A stretch of 64,000 nt of DNA from Eledone cirrhosa (GCA_964016885.1 OZ024740.1:53754001-53818000), one strand, 5' to 3'; counted from the first letter of the stretch, positions 14,147 through 28,496 are shown. Numbers and translations are program-made. Notes: a model not told the origin generated them from the sequence alone.

Positions 14147-14950
14147 GAATTAGTATATCTACCAACATATATATACAGATGCATACCTATGCTAGCAAAT
14201 ATATAGGTTTTGTCTTAATAACTTAGTGGTTCAATGCAAGGGGATGCAGAAGAATTATATGAAAGACGTAAAATAAGAAAATTATAAAAATTAACTTACA
14301 TACTAAAATTTCACTCCAACTAATTAGTTTCTGAAAGAGAATAAACATGGTTTCCGAATGGAACACATGGAGAAGGCCTTTCGTCATCAGGGAAGTCTAT
14401 TCTCAGCTTATTTTACGTCTTTCATATATTTGTTCTGCATCCCCTTGCATTGAACCGCAAAGTTATTAAGACAAAACCTATATATTTGCTAGCATAGGTA
14501 TGTATCTGTATATATATGTTGGTAGATATACTAATTCTTTATAATTTTCTCCAAATTATTTTGTTGAGCAAAAAGTTGCCAAAACTGCTACTATAGTTCA
14601 TAGTAATAGTTCGGCTACTGTTTTCTTAACACCCCACTTCTCACTGATTAACCTCGATGTCACGTGATTGATTCTTTTGAATTTGCCACCGACCAAGTAG
14701 GCAGTGATTTTTTCAATGACTTGGAACTTAGTCCTCGCTTGCTTTTTTCCATCCACTGAATTATTTTTGTATAAGTTCCCTGTGTCCACGCATTGCCTGG
14801 GAACTTAGCTGAGAATAGACTTCCCTGATGACGAAATGCCTTCACCATGTGTTCCATTCGGAAACCATGTTTATTCCCTTTCAGAAACTAATTAGTTGGA
14901 GTGAAATTTTAGTAAGTAAGTTAATTTTTATAATTTTCCTATTTTACGTC

Positions 14951-14957
<7 letters not shown>
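14147..14957. mobile_element. Family C fold-back containing a 531-nt terminally redundant monomer
   Basis: Minus arm 14147-14408. The plus arm 14409-14957 begins and ends with TATTTTACGTCTTTCATAT (14409 and 14940). CTGATGA-CGAA..TTCG-GAAA-CCATGT occurs on both arms. Confidence 0.85.
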
Positions 14958-15008
<51 letters not shown>

Positions 15009-15042
15009 GCACACACGCACACACACACGCCCCCCCCCCCCC

Positions 15043-15084
<42 letters not shown>

Positions 15085-15131
15085 TGACAGGCTCCTGCAA
15101 TGATTCTCTCCAACAAATTTATGTCATTGTC

Positions 15132-15397
15132 AAAAGGCTTTGGTCATCCCGAACATTCAGTAGAAGATACTGGCGTAAACCGTGGGGCTGAGCGCGAAAC
15201 AAAGCCTTCTTTTTAACCACACAGCTATGTATACACCTACATAAATATGATGTTCATATATATGAATGAATGTATATAAATATGTATGTATATAAAGATA
15301 TATATATATAATTGTAATTATTAAGTATGATGTGCTCAAGCGCATAGATGCTATAAGATAGCTTATAAACCTATGAGATCGGCCGCTATGATAATAT

Positions 15398-15490
<93 letters not shown>

Positions 15491-15519
15491 ATACTTATAT
15501 ATATATATATATACTTATA

Positions 15520-15575
<56 letters not shown>

Positions 15576-15900
15576 AGTAAGTAAGACCCCGACGGCTGAG
15601 CTCAAGCCGTTTCGACGGCTAACTCTGTACTTGAGCTCAGCCGTCGGGGTCTTACTTGCTCCTATTACCCACTCTACTACTCTAAGTATTGAGTACTTTG
15701 GTGCGTTATGGTCCACCTGGTTCCTTACCACTTTTCCCTCGCTATATATATATATATATATATATATCATATATATGAACATCATATTTATGTAGGTGTA
15801 TACATAGCTGTGTGGTTAAAAAGAAGGCTTTGTTTCGCGCTCAGCCCCACGGTTTACGCCAGTATCTTCTACTGAATGTTCGGGATGACCAAAGCCTTTT
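15132..15900. repeat. Perfect 134-bp inverted repeat (15132-15265 / 15767-15900) of a decayed SINE
   Basis: The arms read as exact reverse complements; only the left copy continues into further SINE-like sequence (15081-15131). Confidence 0.9.
15572..15742. mobile_element. Family B fold-back
   Basis: TAGGAGTAAGTAAGACCCCGACGGCTGAGCTCAAG / CTTGAGCTCAGCCGTCGGGGTCTTACTTGCTCCTA plus an ~80-nt tail. Confidence 0.85.
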
Positions 15901-16563
15901 AACCTCATGATTAGTTCTTTCGTTACTTTGTATGGTGGGTTTTGCCTACTGCAATTTTACATTTGTCAATCTAGTTAAACGTATGTTATTACTCTAAGGA
16001 CCTACCCTTATTGAGTGCTTTGCTACTCATTCCTTATTGTAGGTCGACTTTGCTAGGCCACATCCAAAGCTTCAATTTTACTAAGCTTCCACTTGTATAT
16101 ATATATATATATATAATTGTGTGTGTGTGTTTGTGTGTTGGTGTGTGTGTGTGCGAGTTGGCGACACATTATATTCAACACGTGGTAAAAAGGTTTTTAT
16201 GTCCGTTGAAGATGATGTCATTACTTTAAATCCATATGATAGAATGTTGGTTTTACATACTGTTGCTTTGCTTGATCATCACGACTTGGATACTTTATAA
16301 AACGCACTAAGGCCATCAACAATTTTCATCAAATGCAACGCATTTATGAAGTGTTTTCAGCTGTAGTGTGATTTTATCACATTTTAACGAACGGCTTGCA
16401 TGGGAAATCTACGCCAAACTAAACAATTGTAACATCGCTATAGTTATATGATGTTTCATACGAATGAAACAATTCTACTGATGTTGAAGTTACCTCTATA
16501 TGAAATGAATATGCCTATATTTGTATAACTATGATCCCTTCCTGGTTCTCATCGAGAATCCAC

Positions 16564-16651
<88 letters not shown>

Positions 16652-16681
16652 TAAAATAACAGATTATATATATATATATAT

Positions 16682-16935
16682 GGAGGTAGAACACTGGAAG
16701 GTAATATCCGTACTGGTAGAGCTCTCAGTCCATGGGACGATTTTCTTAGAAGTAGTAATACAACAGTGAGTTCACCATACCCAAAACAATTGTTTCACCT
16801 TATGCGGATCTTCAGCGCCGACTGGTAATGGCTATACGGAACAGGAAGAACAACCATATAACATTCCTGTTCCATATAACCATTAGCAGACCGTGCTGAA
16901 GATTCGCGTAACGTGAAATTATTGTTCTCACCATT
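16682..16935. mobile_element. Family H fold-back with two hammerhead-like motifs
   Basis: Minus-strand CTGAAGA-TCCGCATAAGGT-GAAA-CAATTG-TT (16781-16820) and plus-strand CTGAAGA-TTCGCGTAACGT-GAAA (16891-16930); homologous to 40104-40310 and 46168-46250. Confidence 0.8.
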
Positions 16936-17922
16936 CGGTATATATTTATATATAGAATTAGTAACACGGCAGTTAGTTCACCATACCGAATACTGCAGCG
17001 AATTGCATTTGCGCAGAGGCCTTGTCACCAGATAACAAATCTTTATATGGATAAATTGACAATTACGTTAACCACGTATACCCTCATTTCCATGCTCGTA
17101 TATGTTTCTCATATATATATCTCATATCTCATTTTACATATGTATCTCATTTTGCATCTATGTATTTTATGTATTTTTTTGTATTTTTTTGCGTATTTCA
17201 TATTTAGTATTTTGTGTTTTGTTCTATCTGATAGAGATATTAACTATGTATTCGCCTAATTACTACGTTCCATACTGTAATTTACCCTCCGTTCTATTGT
17301 ACGGTACTATCGTTGAATATGTGGGTAATATATCTCTAATATTGATCCCCCCTTCAAAACTTCTTAATATAATTTAAACATCTCCCTATTTATTAGTGAT
17401 TATATGTACATATATTTCTTTACTTACTTCAATCTAGATTCTAACTTGTAATTTTTTTAATTTTTAATTTTTGATTTTTAATTTTTAGTTTTAATTTCCA
17501 ACTCTCATTCATAATCTTCACTGTGAAACCATAATACCTAGAAATAAGTATATTTTCTCTTAGCGGACGATGGTCAATTCTACTGTCCATGCTTAATTTA
17601 GAGGTAGTATTGAGACCTATTGATACTCATACTCCCCCACCCCACTGGTTTCGGCCGGCTAGCAGTAAACTATAACCGTGTCATATTACAGGTTGGATGG
17701 GGTCATTGTTTGGGTGAGGGGGGGGGACCTGCCTAGGCGAGTTTCGTAGAACTCTGCGGTAGTTGATGGTCAACTTCCTGCGTCAACTTCCTGCGCAGAC
17801 CGGTGAGGGTGAATTGGGACTCACAAGGGAACGGACGAAGAACCCAAGAGCACACGCTTTGTCCGTTCCCATGTCGATTCAATTTGGATTGCCTCGGAAA
17901 CATAACCTTATCATGTAATAAA

Positions 17923-17994
17923 CTGTCTGATGATGTCACGACACTGGCGCACCGAACCGTGTTGCCACTGTCGTCATTGAAATATGTATCACAG
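17923..17994 (+). ncRNA. Type I hammerhead ribozyme with extended stem II
   Basis: CTGT-CTGATGA-TGTCACGACACTGGC..GCCACTGTCGTCATT-GAAA-TATGT-ATC-ACAG; AUC triplet, stem I CTGT/ACAG. Confidence 0.8.
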
Positions 17995-18109
17995 CATTAT
18001 CATTAAAGGACTTTAACATCTGAAACTACTTCGCTTTTTCTTATTCGATATATACTCCGTCACTCCTATGCGGAAAAAATATGTTGAGTGCTTGAATTGA
18101 ATTGCATCA

Positions 18110-18153
<44 letters not shown>

Positions 18154-18165
18154 TATATATATATA

Positions 18166-18267
<102 letters not shown>

Positions 18268-18305
18268 GCATATTAATCAGTGAGAAATTTTGGTTATCGA
18301 GTTGA

Positions 18306-18385
18306 GCTCTGCTGAGGATCGAATTCCAACCGTGACCATCTCCAATGAAAGTTTTCGTGAAATAGTCTTTAAGACTATACAGAGC
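18306..18385 (+). ncRNA. Type I hammerhead ribozyme (family I, copy 1)
   Basis: GCTCTG-CTGAGGA-TCGAA..TTCGT-GAAA-TAGTCT(TTA)AGACTA-TA-CAGAGC; all three stems pair; predicted cut after 18379. Confidence 0.9.
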
Positions 18386-18943
18386 ATTTGAAGTTTTTTC
18401 CAAATTGAAGGATGAGTATTTTAAACTTTATTTTATCATGAGTTAAGGCTCTATTAATTTTTCCCTGGATTTCACTAAATTCTGTGGATGAATCTATATC
18501 CTGATTCTCTTTGAGTTGAGTTTGAATTATTTTTCCCACATCTTACGTTAACTATTTTTCCCATTTTGACGCTATAGTCACTTATACATTATGGAATACT
18601 GTTGGCTTTTTGCTACAATGTTTTCTATACCTTTCATTTATATATTTATACTCGGATTTCTGTCCTAGAGTGGTTAAATTATTTGTGACTAATCCCGGTA
18701 ATTTTTTATAAAAAAACCGCGATAATATTGCTTTTTGCTGAACTCCTTATTGTAGAGTCTTTTCGGAATGTTTTTAACTGTTGTTTCTTGTAAACAAACA
18801 TTCGTCTCATTCTGACGTCACCAGCCCTGTCTTTCCACATGTGCGTTTTATTTTTCATAATCACGCATGATGGTGAACTAGCCTGTTTTTAATTCCCTTT
18901 TTGGCATATTTATCAGTGAGAAATTTTGGTTATCGAGTTGAAA

Positions 18944-19019
18944 TCTGCTGAGGATCGAAATCCAACCGTGACCATCTCCACTGAAAGTTTTCGTGAAATA
19001 GTCTTTAAGACTATACGGA
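18944..19019 (+). ncRNA. Type I hammerhead ribozyme (family I, copy 2)
   Basis: TCTG-CTGAGGA-TCGAAA..TTTCGT-GAAA-TAGTCT(TTA)AGACTA-TA-CGGA; predicted cut after 19015. Confidence 0.85.
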
Positions 19020-19248
19020 GCATTTGAAGTTTTTTCCAAATTGAAGGATGAGTATTTTAAACTTTATTTTATCATGAGTTAAGGGTCTATTAATTTTTCC
19101 ACTTAATTCTGTGGATGAATCTATATCCTGATTCTCTTAGTTTTCCCACATCTTACGTTAACTATTTTTCCCATTTTTACGCTATAGTCACTTATATATT
19201 ATGGAATACTGTTGGCTTTTTGCTACACTGTTTTCTATACCTTTCATT

Positions 19249-19280
<32 letters not shown>

Positions 19281-19384
19281 ATATAAATATATATATATGT
19301 ATGTATGTATATATATATAAGTGCACGAGGATCCGAAATGTTAAATCTGTATACATATACTGTGTGTGGCTGTGTGTGTGTGCG

Positions 19385-19680
19385 CGTGCGTTGCTTATAC
19401 AATTCATGAGGTCTCTTGTCAGAAACTAAAGAAAAATATTTTTCTGGCCAGATTTTATGGGCAAATCCAACTGGTAGAAGGCCGCAGAGATAGAACTCCA
19501 GCAAGATGGCTTGACAACAACATGCGAATTCCGATGGTCTCCCTGGTGATACAGCCGGTTCAACTGAAGAAGAAGAAGAAGAAGAAGAAGAAGAAGAAGA
19601 AGAAGAAGAAGAAGAAGAAGAAGAAGAAGAAGAAGAAGAAGAAGAAGAAGAAGAAGAAGAAGAAGAAGAAGAAGAAGAAG
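19385..19680 (+). mobile_element. RTE-type LINE 3' end with (GAA)n tail
   Basis: Translation ..VEGRRDRTPARWLDN.. resembles the RTE C-terminal G.R.RGRP..RW.D motif; followed by a long (AAG)n run. Confidence 0.6.
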
Positions 19681-19708
19681 ATGACGATGACGATGATGGA
19701 TGATGATT

Positions 19709-19895
19709 TGGATTGGCAGTATCGGTAGAAGGTCGGACGCCATGCTTTGAAGCATAGAGTTACGGCCCTTTATGATATGAGTTCATATCCCGCCGATGTT
19801 AACTTTGCCTTTCCTGCTTACGGGATCGATAAAATAAAGTACCAGTAATACACTGGGTAATTGCTGGCCTTGTGCCAAATGTAGAAACAATTATT
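19709..19895 (+). mobile_element. tRNA-type SINE
   Basis: Same family as 10771-10953. Confidence 0.85.
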
Positions 19896-20199
19896 ATGCC
19901 AAGTGAATGGAAAAAGTACTAAATCTTTAATTGAGGAAAAGGTATTCCCTCTCTACTTCTCGCGTTTTCAATACTGTTCTTGTATTTATGAGACTTTTTG
20001 AATAAAAATATAGAGAAATATACATAAACAGTGTTGAGAATATTTTGACTCTTAGCATTACGGAGATGCAGTAAAATAACCAATTCATAAAAAAACTGTA
20101 CCTTTTCATGTATGCATATGCATGTATGTATGTATATGTATATATGTAAATGTATATTTGTATATAAATAAATAAACACACACACACAAACACACACAC

Positions 20200-20230
<31 letters not shown>

Positions 20231-21623
20231 CGTACACAGACACACACATATATATATATATGCATATTCAAAGTTAGTAGTGTTACATATTAATATGAAT
20301 TTCTACATTTCTAAGATATTTTTTATTAAAGTGTATAAATATGATATATAATAAATGTTTTGGATTTGAAAGATACCAAATAGCTCTTGTGATAAATATT
20401 AGGCACTTCAAATTTGTACATTGATAATCATCTCACATAAAGGCATTGTATGAGGATGTAGATAATCATTGTTTACGCATTCTATTAATTTTTATTCGGA
20501 TATAGAAATACGTACGTCCATACACACATTCAAACACGAAAATATTCAAACCCACACACTACACACACCACTCACACACACACACATATATATATTATGT
20601 TTAACACACACACATACACACACATATATATATATGTGTGTGTGTTATTATATTATCAAAGGAAAATGAACATTTGATGAAATTTCGACTATACTTTCAG
20701 CTGTTTTTAGTGAAAACAGGATTATATTGTCGATAACACCAGAAAATTTGAATGAAGCACAACATTACACAAATCTCCGCACTATTTTGAATATAATTTA
20801 CATACAGAGTGGATTACTTACCTCACGAAAGTGCACCTTTCTTAGAAGTATATCTCACACTTACTTTTATACACGCATTATAAGTTTGTACATGTTTAAC
20901 AGTGAGTATTACCTAAATCCTGACACACTTTACAAGCTTAATATTTACTTTACAAGCTTAATATTTTATATTAAAGATGTCATAAAACTTTGGCTTACGT
21001 GATAAATCTATATAAGCATGTTTAAATCCATTAATTTTGATAGTTTGGGGTATATTTCTTTCTTTTAATACGTTTTTTAATATAAAAAAAAAACACAATC
21101 TACCGTCTGTAATACAAGGTAGGGCTTAATGTATAGTTTGAGAAAATTATCCGAAAAAGAAAGTATATCATCTCAACTATAATTCCATTATTCATGTGTA
21201 CTTGCATGGGACTGACTTGGGGCTGGCTAAAGAACAATATCTACGACAACAATAGCAACAACAAAATCAACTGAAATAACTGCAATAATAATAAAAATGG
21301 AATTTTCTGAAGGAAAATAAATGAAATATTTTGAGGCTGGAGTATGCGACAAGGAGATGCATAAAAGCACATATTCATGTTTTTATCTATATTGTGCAAT
21401 GAAGGTTAAAGGTTAAAATAATTCTTTAAATGATATGTTGGTTAGTAGATATTATGCTCTATGAGTCGCTTCTGAATTTTTCATAGTTACTATTGGTGGT
21501 GTATCATTTCATGAAATGCTTTTGTAATGAATAAAAAAAACTTACCATTTCTTTGCTGATAATATTGCGTATTAGCAAACCAAATGCGTATAAATATATA
21601 CATCCATGCGTATCCACACACCC

Positions 21624-21709
<86 letters not shown>

Positions 21710-22384
21710 CTTAGTGGACGTGACAAGTAAACAAATAAACAAGACAGGTGAATGATACAGTACAATGAAGATATATATCAAATTAACGCTCGATATCTAT
21801 ATATTAATTTGAACAACGTCAGTATTCCGTGTGTCATAATTCTCGATTATCATTGGTTCATAGGTTTCAAACGACTCCGCCCACCTCAAAGACGCCAAAC
21901 TTAAATTAATACGCATAATGCCAATGAGGGAGTGAGAGGGGAGAGTAAGAAACAGAGAGGCAAAGTGAACGCTGTAACTATTACCATGTGTGCGTGTGTA
22001 AGTATGTGCGTGTATGTTTATGTGTGTGTGCGTGTGTGCAGCGTTCCACAGAAAGTAAAAACTATCAACCTGTATAAGTGTTTGTAAGTGCACGGGTGCG
22101 TGTGTAAGTTTGCGTGCGTGTGCGCGTTTCCATGCGTGTATGTGTGTGTACGTGGGGCGTTCCACAATCGCCACGCAGTTTATCTGTCTGTGTCCCTGTC
22201 TGTTAGTCTAACATACACAGAGTTATGATGGGAGTAAATAGGGACCTTTTTTTACATTGACGGACATCTTTTATATTTATTATTGTGTCATTTTTTGACA
22301 ATTGCTCGAAATGATTACTGATAAGAAAAGCAATTTATTATCTTTATCAAACAGTCTTAATTAACTTTATCAAACAGTCAACTA

Positions 22385-22573
22385 CAGTGGCGACGGCGTG
22401 CAGCCAGGAATGATGAAATACGGGCCGAACAGCGCCATCGGAACGCCGAACTTCAGAGGCGAAGAGGTGCCGCCATGAATGAAGAGGAGCTGGCTGAACA
22501 ACTCCAACGAAACACTGGAGCCAAGCGGCGACGGCGTGCTGCGATGGTTGAAGACGAACTGGCTGAGCATCAT
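22385..22573 (+). pseudogene. GC-rich 69-bp (23-aa) repeat encoding an R/E-rich helix, possibly a Helitron N-terminal fragment
   Basis: QWRRRAARNDEIRAEQRHRNAELQRRRGAAMNEEELAEQLQRNTGAKRRRRAAMVEDELAEHH; no start codon or catalytic motif seen. Confidence 0.4.
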
Positions 22574-23107
22574 CTTTTATATTAATTATATATATCTATA
22601 TCTATATCTACATATAATATAAAAGATTGGAACTTCCATCATCCTTTTGGGAAACGTGTAACAACCACGTCTATGCAATGATACGCGCTTTACAGTCAGG
22701 CAGAAGATTAACCATCTCCTAGAGGTCACTATTCTAGGTGGGAGCACCTAGAATTGTTCATATACTATGCACAAACGGTACAACGAAGAATCTCGTATAT
22801 CTGGAAGATTTTCTTTTACTGCTTTTTTGTATCACACAGACACCACGAACTCACCTTATACTGTAACCAGACAAACATCCAATACAGTCAATTTCTCTTT
22901 TACCTGTCTTCTCTTATCATCTGTTTAACCGGGCGAAGCTGGGTACGTCAGCTAGTAGTTATAAAGCTTATTAACATTTCGGAAGTTAGTCTTTCAGAAA
23001 ATAGAATGTTAACAGGAGGCATAGATGACTACGAAGCAGAAAAACGGCAAAGAATGCTTTCCAAGAGAAAGCACGTGTCATTCAACCATTTTTTGGAAGT
23101 ATATGCA

Positions 23108-23181
<74 letters not shown>

Positions 23182-23312
23182 AATATATGGACTAGTTACT
23201 ACTGATGGAGCCGTATGGTCATGGCCGTGACGTACGGCGTCTCTCGAGCATTTAAAATCTGATGGAGACCATCTTCTCTCCATGTCTGCACACAATCGAT
23301 TCCTTCCAGAAA

Positions 23313-23353
<41 letters not shown>

Positions 23354-26300
23354 GGGGTGTGTGTGTGTATATGTATACATACACATACATACATGCATTC
23401 ATATATAACAAGAAAAGTTTTCTTGTTATAGACACCACAAAGCAATGGAGATATTTTGGTTCATGCGAACATACATATTTTGTAGTATCTGGAAAGAAAC
23501 CCATTATAGAGAAACAGAGACCATCACTTCTGACAATAACAAGTTATTTGCTAGTTGGTTCAGGGTCATTGGTTTAAACAACTATATAGCGTATATGTTT
23601 TGTCATTCAACTTTATTCCCTTTCAGTTTCAGCTCTCGAATCCAGGCTGGGCAACCTGAACCATTCATCCTTTGGATCATTTTATAATGTGAATCAGTGA
23701 AAGAATTGATCTGTTTCGATCAGCTACATTTTTCCGTTCCCATCTTGATCACTTATATAATCATGCGGTATAAAATAATAACTATCGGGAACTCTGCCTT
23801 CTGGTACCTACTTATGGAAAAGACAGCTACCCTGGTGAGAGAGTACGAAGCTGTGACACTTTTCATATAGTATTGGATGGTTGGGCACAATATAACAGTA
23901 TACTATTTTATTTGATGGATAAAATACAGGTAACCCGACTCCGAAATCCAAGTTTCATTCCAGATTGCTGCATCTTATCATAAAACAGTAGTATTCTTAA
24001 GACAGGCTTGATCTTTTGAATAAAATCCTGTCATTTACGACCTACGAGGCAAATCTATTTTACAGTTGTTTCTGTAAAAAGCAAGCAAATCTACAATCTT
24101 AATTAAAGGAAAACAATTTATATAATGCACCCCTACATAGTTTCAAAAATGACGGCTTGGGGATAATAGGCTCCCTACATATGTTCATAGGTCGTTTCGA
24201 TCAGAGTTGACCTTCAGCTAAACAATAATAACAAAAACAATATTATGCATGTTTATTAAATTCAAAAATGATTTGTGACACTAACATTCTTTATGCATTG
24301 AGGTTTTCTTTTGATTCTACCTATAGTTGTCTCTAGACAGGAGACTGACTAAAACATCCAGCCTCACCCTTCATAAGACTGCCGGTCTGGACTCTGAGTT
24401 ATATTCACCTCTATAGTTCTAATTTAGTCAGAGGAGTCCAAATAATTTTTCATCAATCATATTGATTTCGACATAGTGAAATGCATTGCACTCAGGATTA
24501 TTCTGTCTTGACGGTGGATGATAATTTGAAGAATATTTCGCTAGCATGGGTGATCATGTAGAGCCTAACTTCCAGTTTGTGATGATAATAAATTATATTA
24601 ATATTTTGGGATTGATTCAGTACCTGAAACGCCCACTCGTCAAGTAATATTGTAAATATTCTGTCCTTGCCTTTCATGCTATATGAAATATGAAATAATA
24701 TTTTCATTCGTTTTGTTCTGCCATTTCACTAATGCATCGATATCACAGTCTTTAATAATCAAAAAATACCTCCAAGCTTTTCTTTTTAGATAAGTCCAAT
24801 ATTCACTTACAGCACACCTTTAATATAGTTATGGTGTGTTTGTCTGCCAACAGTGCCAATAGATATTCTCTCAACTGGGGTTGCATCCAAGGGGACTTTT
24901 GGCAATATTAAATAAAGAACTCAGACAAAGAAATATATTTAATCCACAAGATAAAGGAAGTAGGAAGCCAGTGGTTTTGAGACCCAACTGATGGAGTGAG
25001 TTCATGAACTAACTTGGTAAAAAAATGCGATGATATGAAATAAAATATGCCACAGGCCTGTTCTTATTTGAAAAATACTTTCTTTTATCACATTCAATTT
25101 ACTGTATGAAAAAGCCTGTGGCGAAACTATGAACATCTCCGACGTTCACTTGGAATTTAAATGTTAAAATGTCAAATGTCAAAAACTTCTGTTTTAGAAT
25201 GTTTGTTAGCAATGCTGGTTGATTGTTTGGTTTCAAAATATCATATCTTATTGAGCATGATATTTATAAAACTAACTGTTTAAAGCAGTCGAAAAATAGG
25301 AAATCTCGTTTTAAATGAATGTTTAAAATTTACTTCACATTCAGTCTAATAATGTTTAAGTGAGAGTAGAGAAGGTTGTAGTAGTAGTAAAGGGGTTCCA
25401 CATATAGTCTTAATAGTAATAATAAGTTTAAGGCTGGAGGCTCCGTCAAGGATTGCGATTATTGTTATATTAGCTAGAAAAATATTAGTTTATCATATAG
25501 ACAGATAGGATATGTGGTAAAATTACGATAGAGATGAAATATTATGGTTCATACTTCAAGTGATTATATATTGCAGTTCTGTTATATAATATGTTAGGAG
25601 ATGGAATTAACAATTTGGCTTCCGAATGGCTTAACAATATAAATACCTGATGGATAGGTAAACTGTCAACGTATTTATCTGATTTACTGAAACAAATATA
25701 TTCGTACTGAGCTGAACAATAACCAGATTATTTTCATAACTTACTAGGTATATATGATTGCAGGGATAAGAAAACATGTTTGAATAAGCTCTTCATATAG
25801 CTGATTCTTATTTTATAGAAATCGGAGGATTAAGGTGATTCTAGCAGCCATATAAGACCGTAAAATATCGGCAGAAGCTATAGATTGTTGGAAGAGAGAG
25901 CTTCTGTTATTTATTCTGTTACCTTGGGTTCTGTGATCACCGAGGTGAAAATGTCCATACCTCGTTCAGGAGTCGATAAATAAAGAATCAGTCTAACATG
26001 GTGAACCAGCTATGACGTGCAGTATTTGTTCGAGTCGTTTTCTTTCGAGCTCAAAATCTATTGTGGCTCTCTCGTGTAGTGCACTTAATCCGCAACGAAA
26101 CACTGTTGGAAACATTCAGGTTACGTTTGCACATTGAAGATACATTCCACCACTCTTGTAAGTCCCGAAAAAGAGTCAGAGCCATCACACATCTTCTGTC
26201 TGTGCGTTAAAAATTACACATTTAGTCAATAAGTTCGACACAAGCAATTGTGCCAATAATATTGATATTGTCCTATTACAGAGTGTAGTATTTTAAAATA

Positions 26301-26951
26301 AAAGGAATATAAGTGCTATCTACTAGCGTTCCAACTGCGTCATTTCGTGTTTTATCCAACAGAGCTGTCTCTTGGGTATATGTATTTCACTACAGCTTTA
26401 GGTCAAGAACAAACTTGTAAGTAATGTTTGCTTTTAGGAAACTGTATCGAAGCCATAGGGCTCTTTTATTTGGACCTAATCCGTCGCCTGAATTAACAGA
26501 GTAACATAGTCCATCCTTTTTCTAAGTGCATCAAAGCCAGCGAGCCAACATGAGAACTTCTACATGGTCATTTGATTTACTAGAAATAGCAGATAAATAA
26601 ACATAACGTCAAACACCACCACCTTTAAAACAAGTGAATACACTGGATAATGTGCTCTAAGATCGATTATACCACAAAAAAGGGTTTTGTCACAACAGAA
26701 GGCGTTTTATTCATAGGTCTGCATGATCGGAGCCGGCAGGTGATTGACTAGCATGGACATCATTGAGGAGCTACGTAATACTCTCATCTGCAGGGTTGAA
26801 TGTTCTTAATATGTTAGACAATGTCTGTAACGGCAAACGAACTCTAGATTGGCTGAAAAAACTCCCGACTGTGAATAAAAAGAGCGGGACATAACCAAAT
26901 GCGTATCGGTGAAATACATCATATTATTTTTATTAATATAATAAAATATCA

Positions 26952-27040
<89 letters not shown>

Positions 27041-27708
27041 TCTATATCTCTCTCTCTCTCTCCAGCACCACCATCACTGCCATCCTGACCATTATGCCTG
27101 CAGAAACAATACCTGACAAACTCACTCAAATCGCTCTATCTCATCGTTTAATGTATTTAAATGTACACTGTGTTTCAATAAAAAAAAACGTGTATGGTCA
27201 CAGCTGGAACGCCTTTAATGATAGATCTTTTCCTTCCGAGTCACACACACAAACACAAACATACATATATGTGTGATTCGAATGGTTAATACATATTGCA
27301 CATAGCGTTAAGCATAATAAATATTTATAGGGATAATTTATGTCCAAGTCCAGAAATTCTGGGTGATGGGGGGATACCAATTAAGTCACCTCCAGCTCTT
27401 GACTGGGACTTTATATACCTAATCCGAACGATAAAAGCTAAAGGAGGATTTGAACTGAGAATGTAAAAAACCGTCACTAAACGAGACAAGAGATTTAGCC
27501 CGACACCCTAGCACATTCGTTCTCAAAATAGGCGCTAACAACCCCCCATCCTGGTGGTGGTGGTGGTGGTGGTGATGGTGGGGTTTGAGAAGGTCCAGTG
27601 TGGCACAGGGGCATAAGGGGGCGATGGTGGTGGTAGAGATGTTATAATAGTATATTAAATATATATATATATACATATATATATTTGGTTCCTTACCACA
27701 TTTCCTCC

Positions 27709-27770
<62 letters not shown>

Positions 27771-27975
27771 CTAGTAAAATATATAATATTCATTTATACA
27801 TAGTATATATTTTATCTAGTATATATAAAATAACTATTTTATCATAAATTATTTAAAATTTGCGTGTAGGCAGATTACTCTGGGAATAGTGGTTGGAGCA
27901 CTGAGCTTATTACGTGGCCGTAGATGGGTTGGTAGCCCCAAAATTCTGGGAACCTCTGCCTAGCATTAAATAGAA

Positions 27976-28305
27976 CAAAATCAACGATGAGAAGAGTAAT
28001 ATATATATATATATATAACAAAATCAACGATGAGAAGAGTAATATATATATATATATATAACAAAATCAACGATGAGAAGAGTAATATATATATATATAT
28101 AACAAAATCAACGATGAGAAGAGTAATATATATATATATATATATAACAAAATCAACGATGAGAAGAGTAATATATATATATATATATAACAAAATCAAC
28201 GATGAGAAGAGTAGTATATATATATATATATAACAAAATCAACGATGAGAAGAGTAGTATATATATATATAACAAAATCAACGATGAGAAGAGTAATATA
28301 TATAT
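27976..28305. repeat. Minisatellite: 8 x [CAAAATCAACGATGAGAAGAGTA + variable (TA)n]
   Basis: Units start near 27976, 28019, 28062, 28103, 28148, 28191, 28234 and 28273. Confidence 0.95.
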
Positions 28306-28352
28306 ATTATAGATAACGAGGAATCAGTAATACATGAAACCACATTTTATTA

Positions 28353-28444
28353 ACATATTACATATGTTTCTCTGTCGATCAGCTCAAGGCAGGATCTGTA
28401 ACAGATCGAACCCGACTCTACATTCGAAAGTTCCTCAAATATGT
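28353..28444 (-). ncRNA. Type I hammerhead motif (C3U) in fold-back 28305-28778
   Basis: ACATAT-TTGAGGA-[long stem II]-GAAA-CATATG-TA-ATATGT; perfect 6-bp stem I, palindromic stem III, GUA triplet. Confidence 0.65.
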
Positions 28445-28496
28445 CTTGGGGATTCAAAGTAATTTAATGCATTACTTATTCCTCGTCATCTATAAT

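Noticed and set aside
23600-24720. Non-repetitive stretch with short frames (e.g. NNPECNAFHY on the minus strand)
   Set aside because: Frames are short and interrupted with no consistent splice structure; needs RNA-seq.
27976-28305. CRISPR-like repeat/spacer appearance
   Set aside because: The spacers are only (TA)n, there are no cas genes, and the context is eukaryotic.
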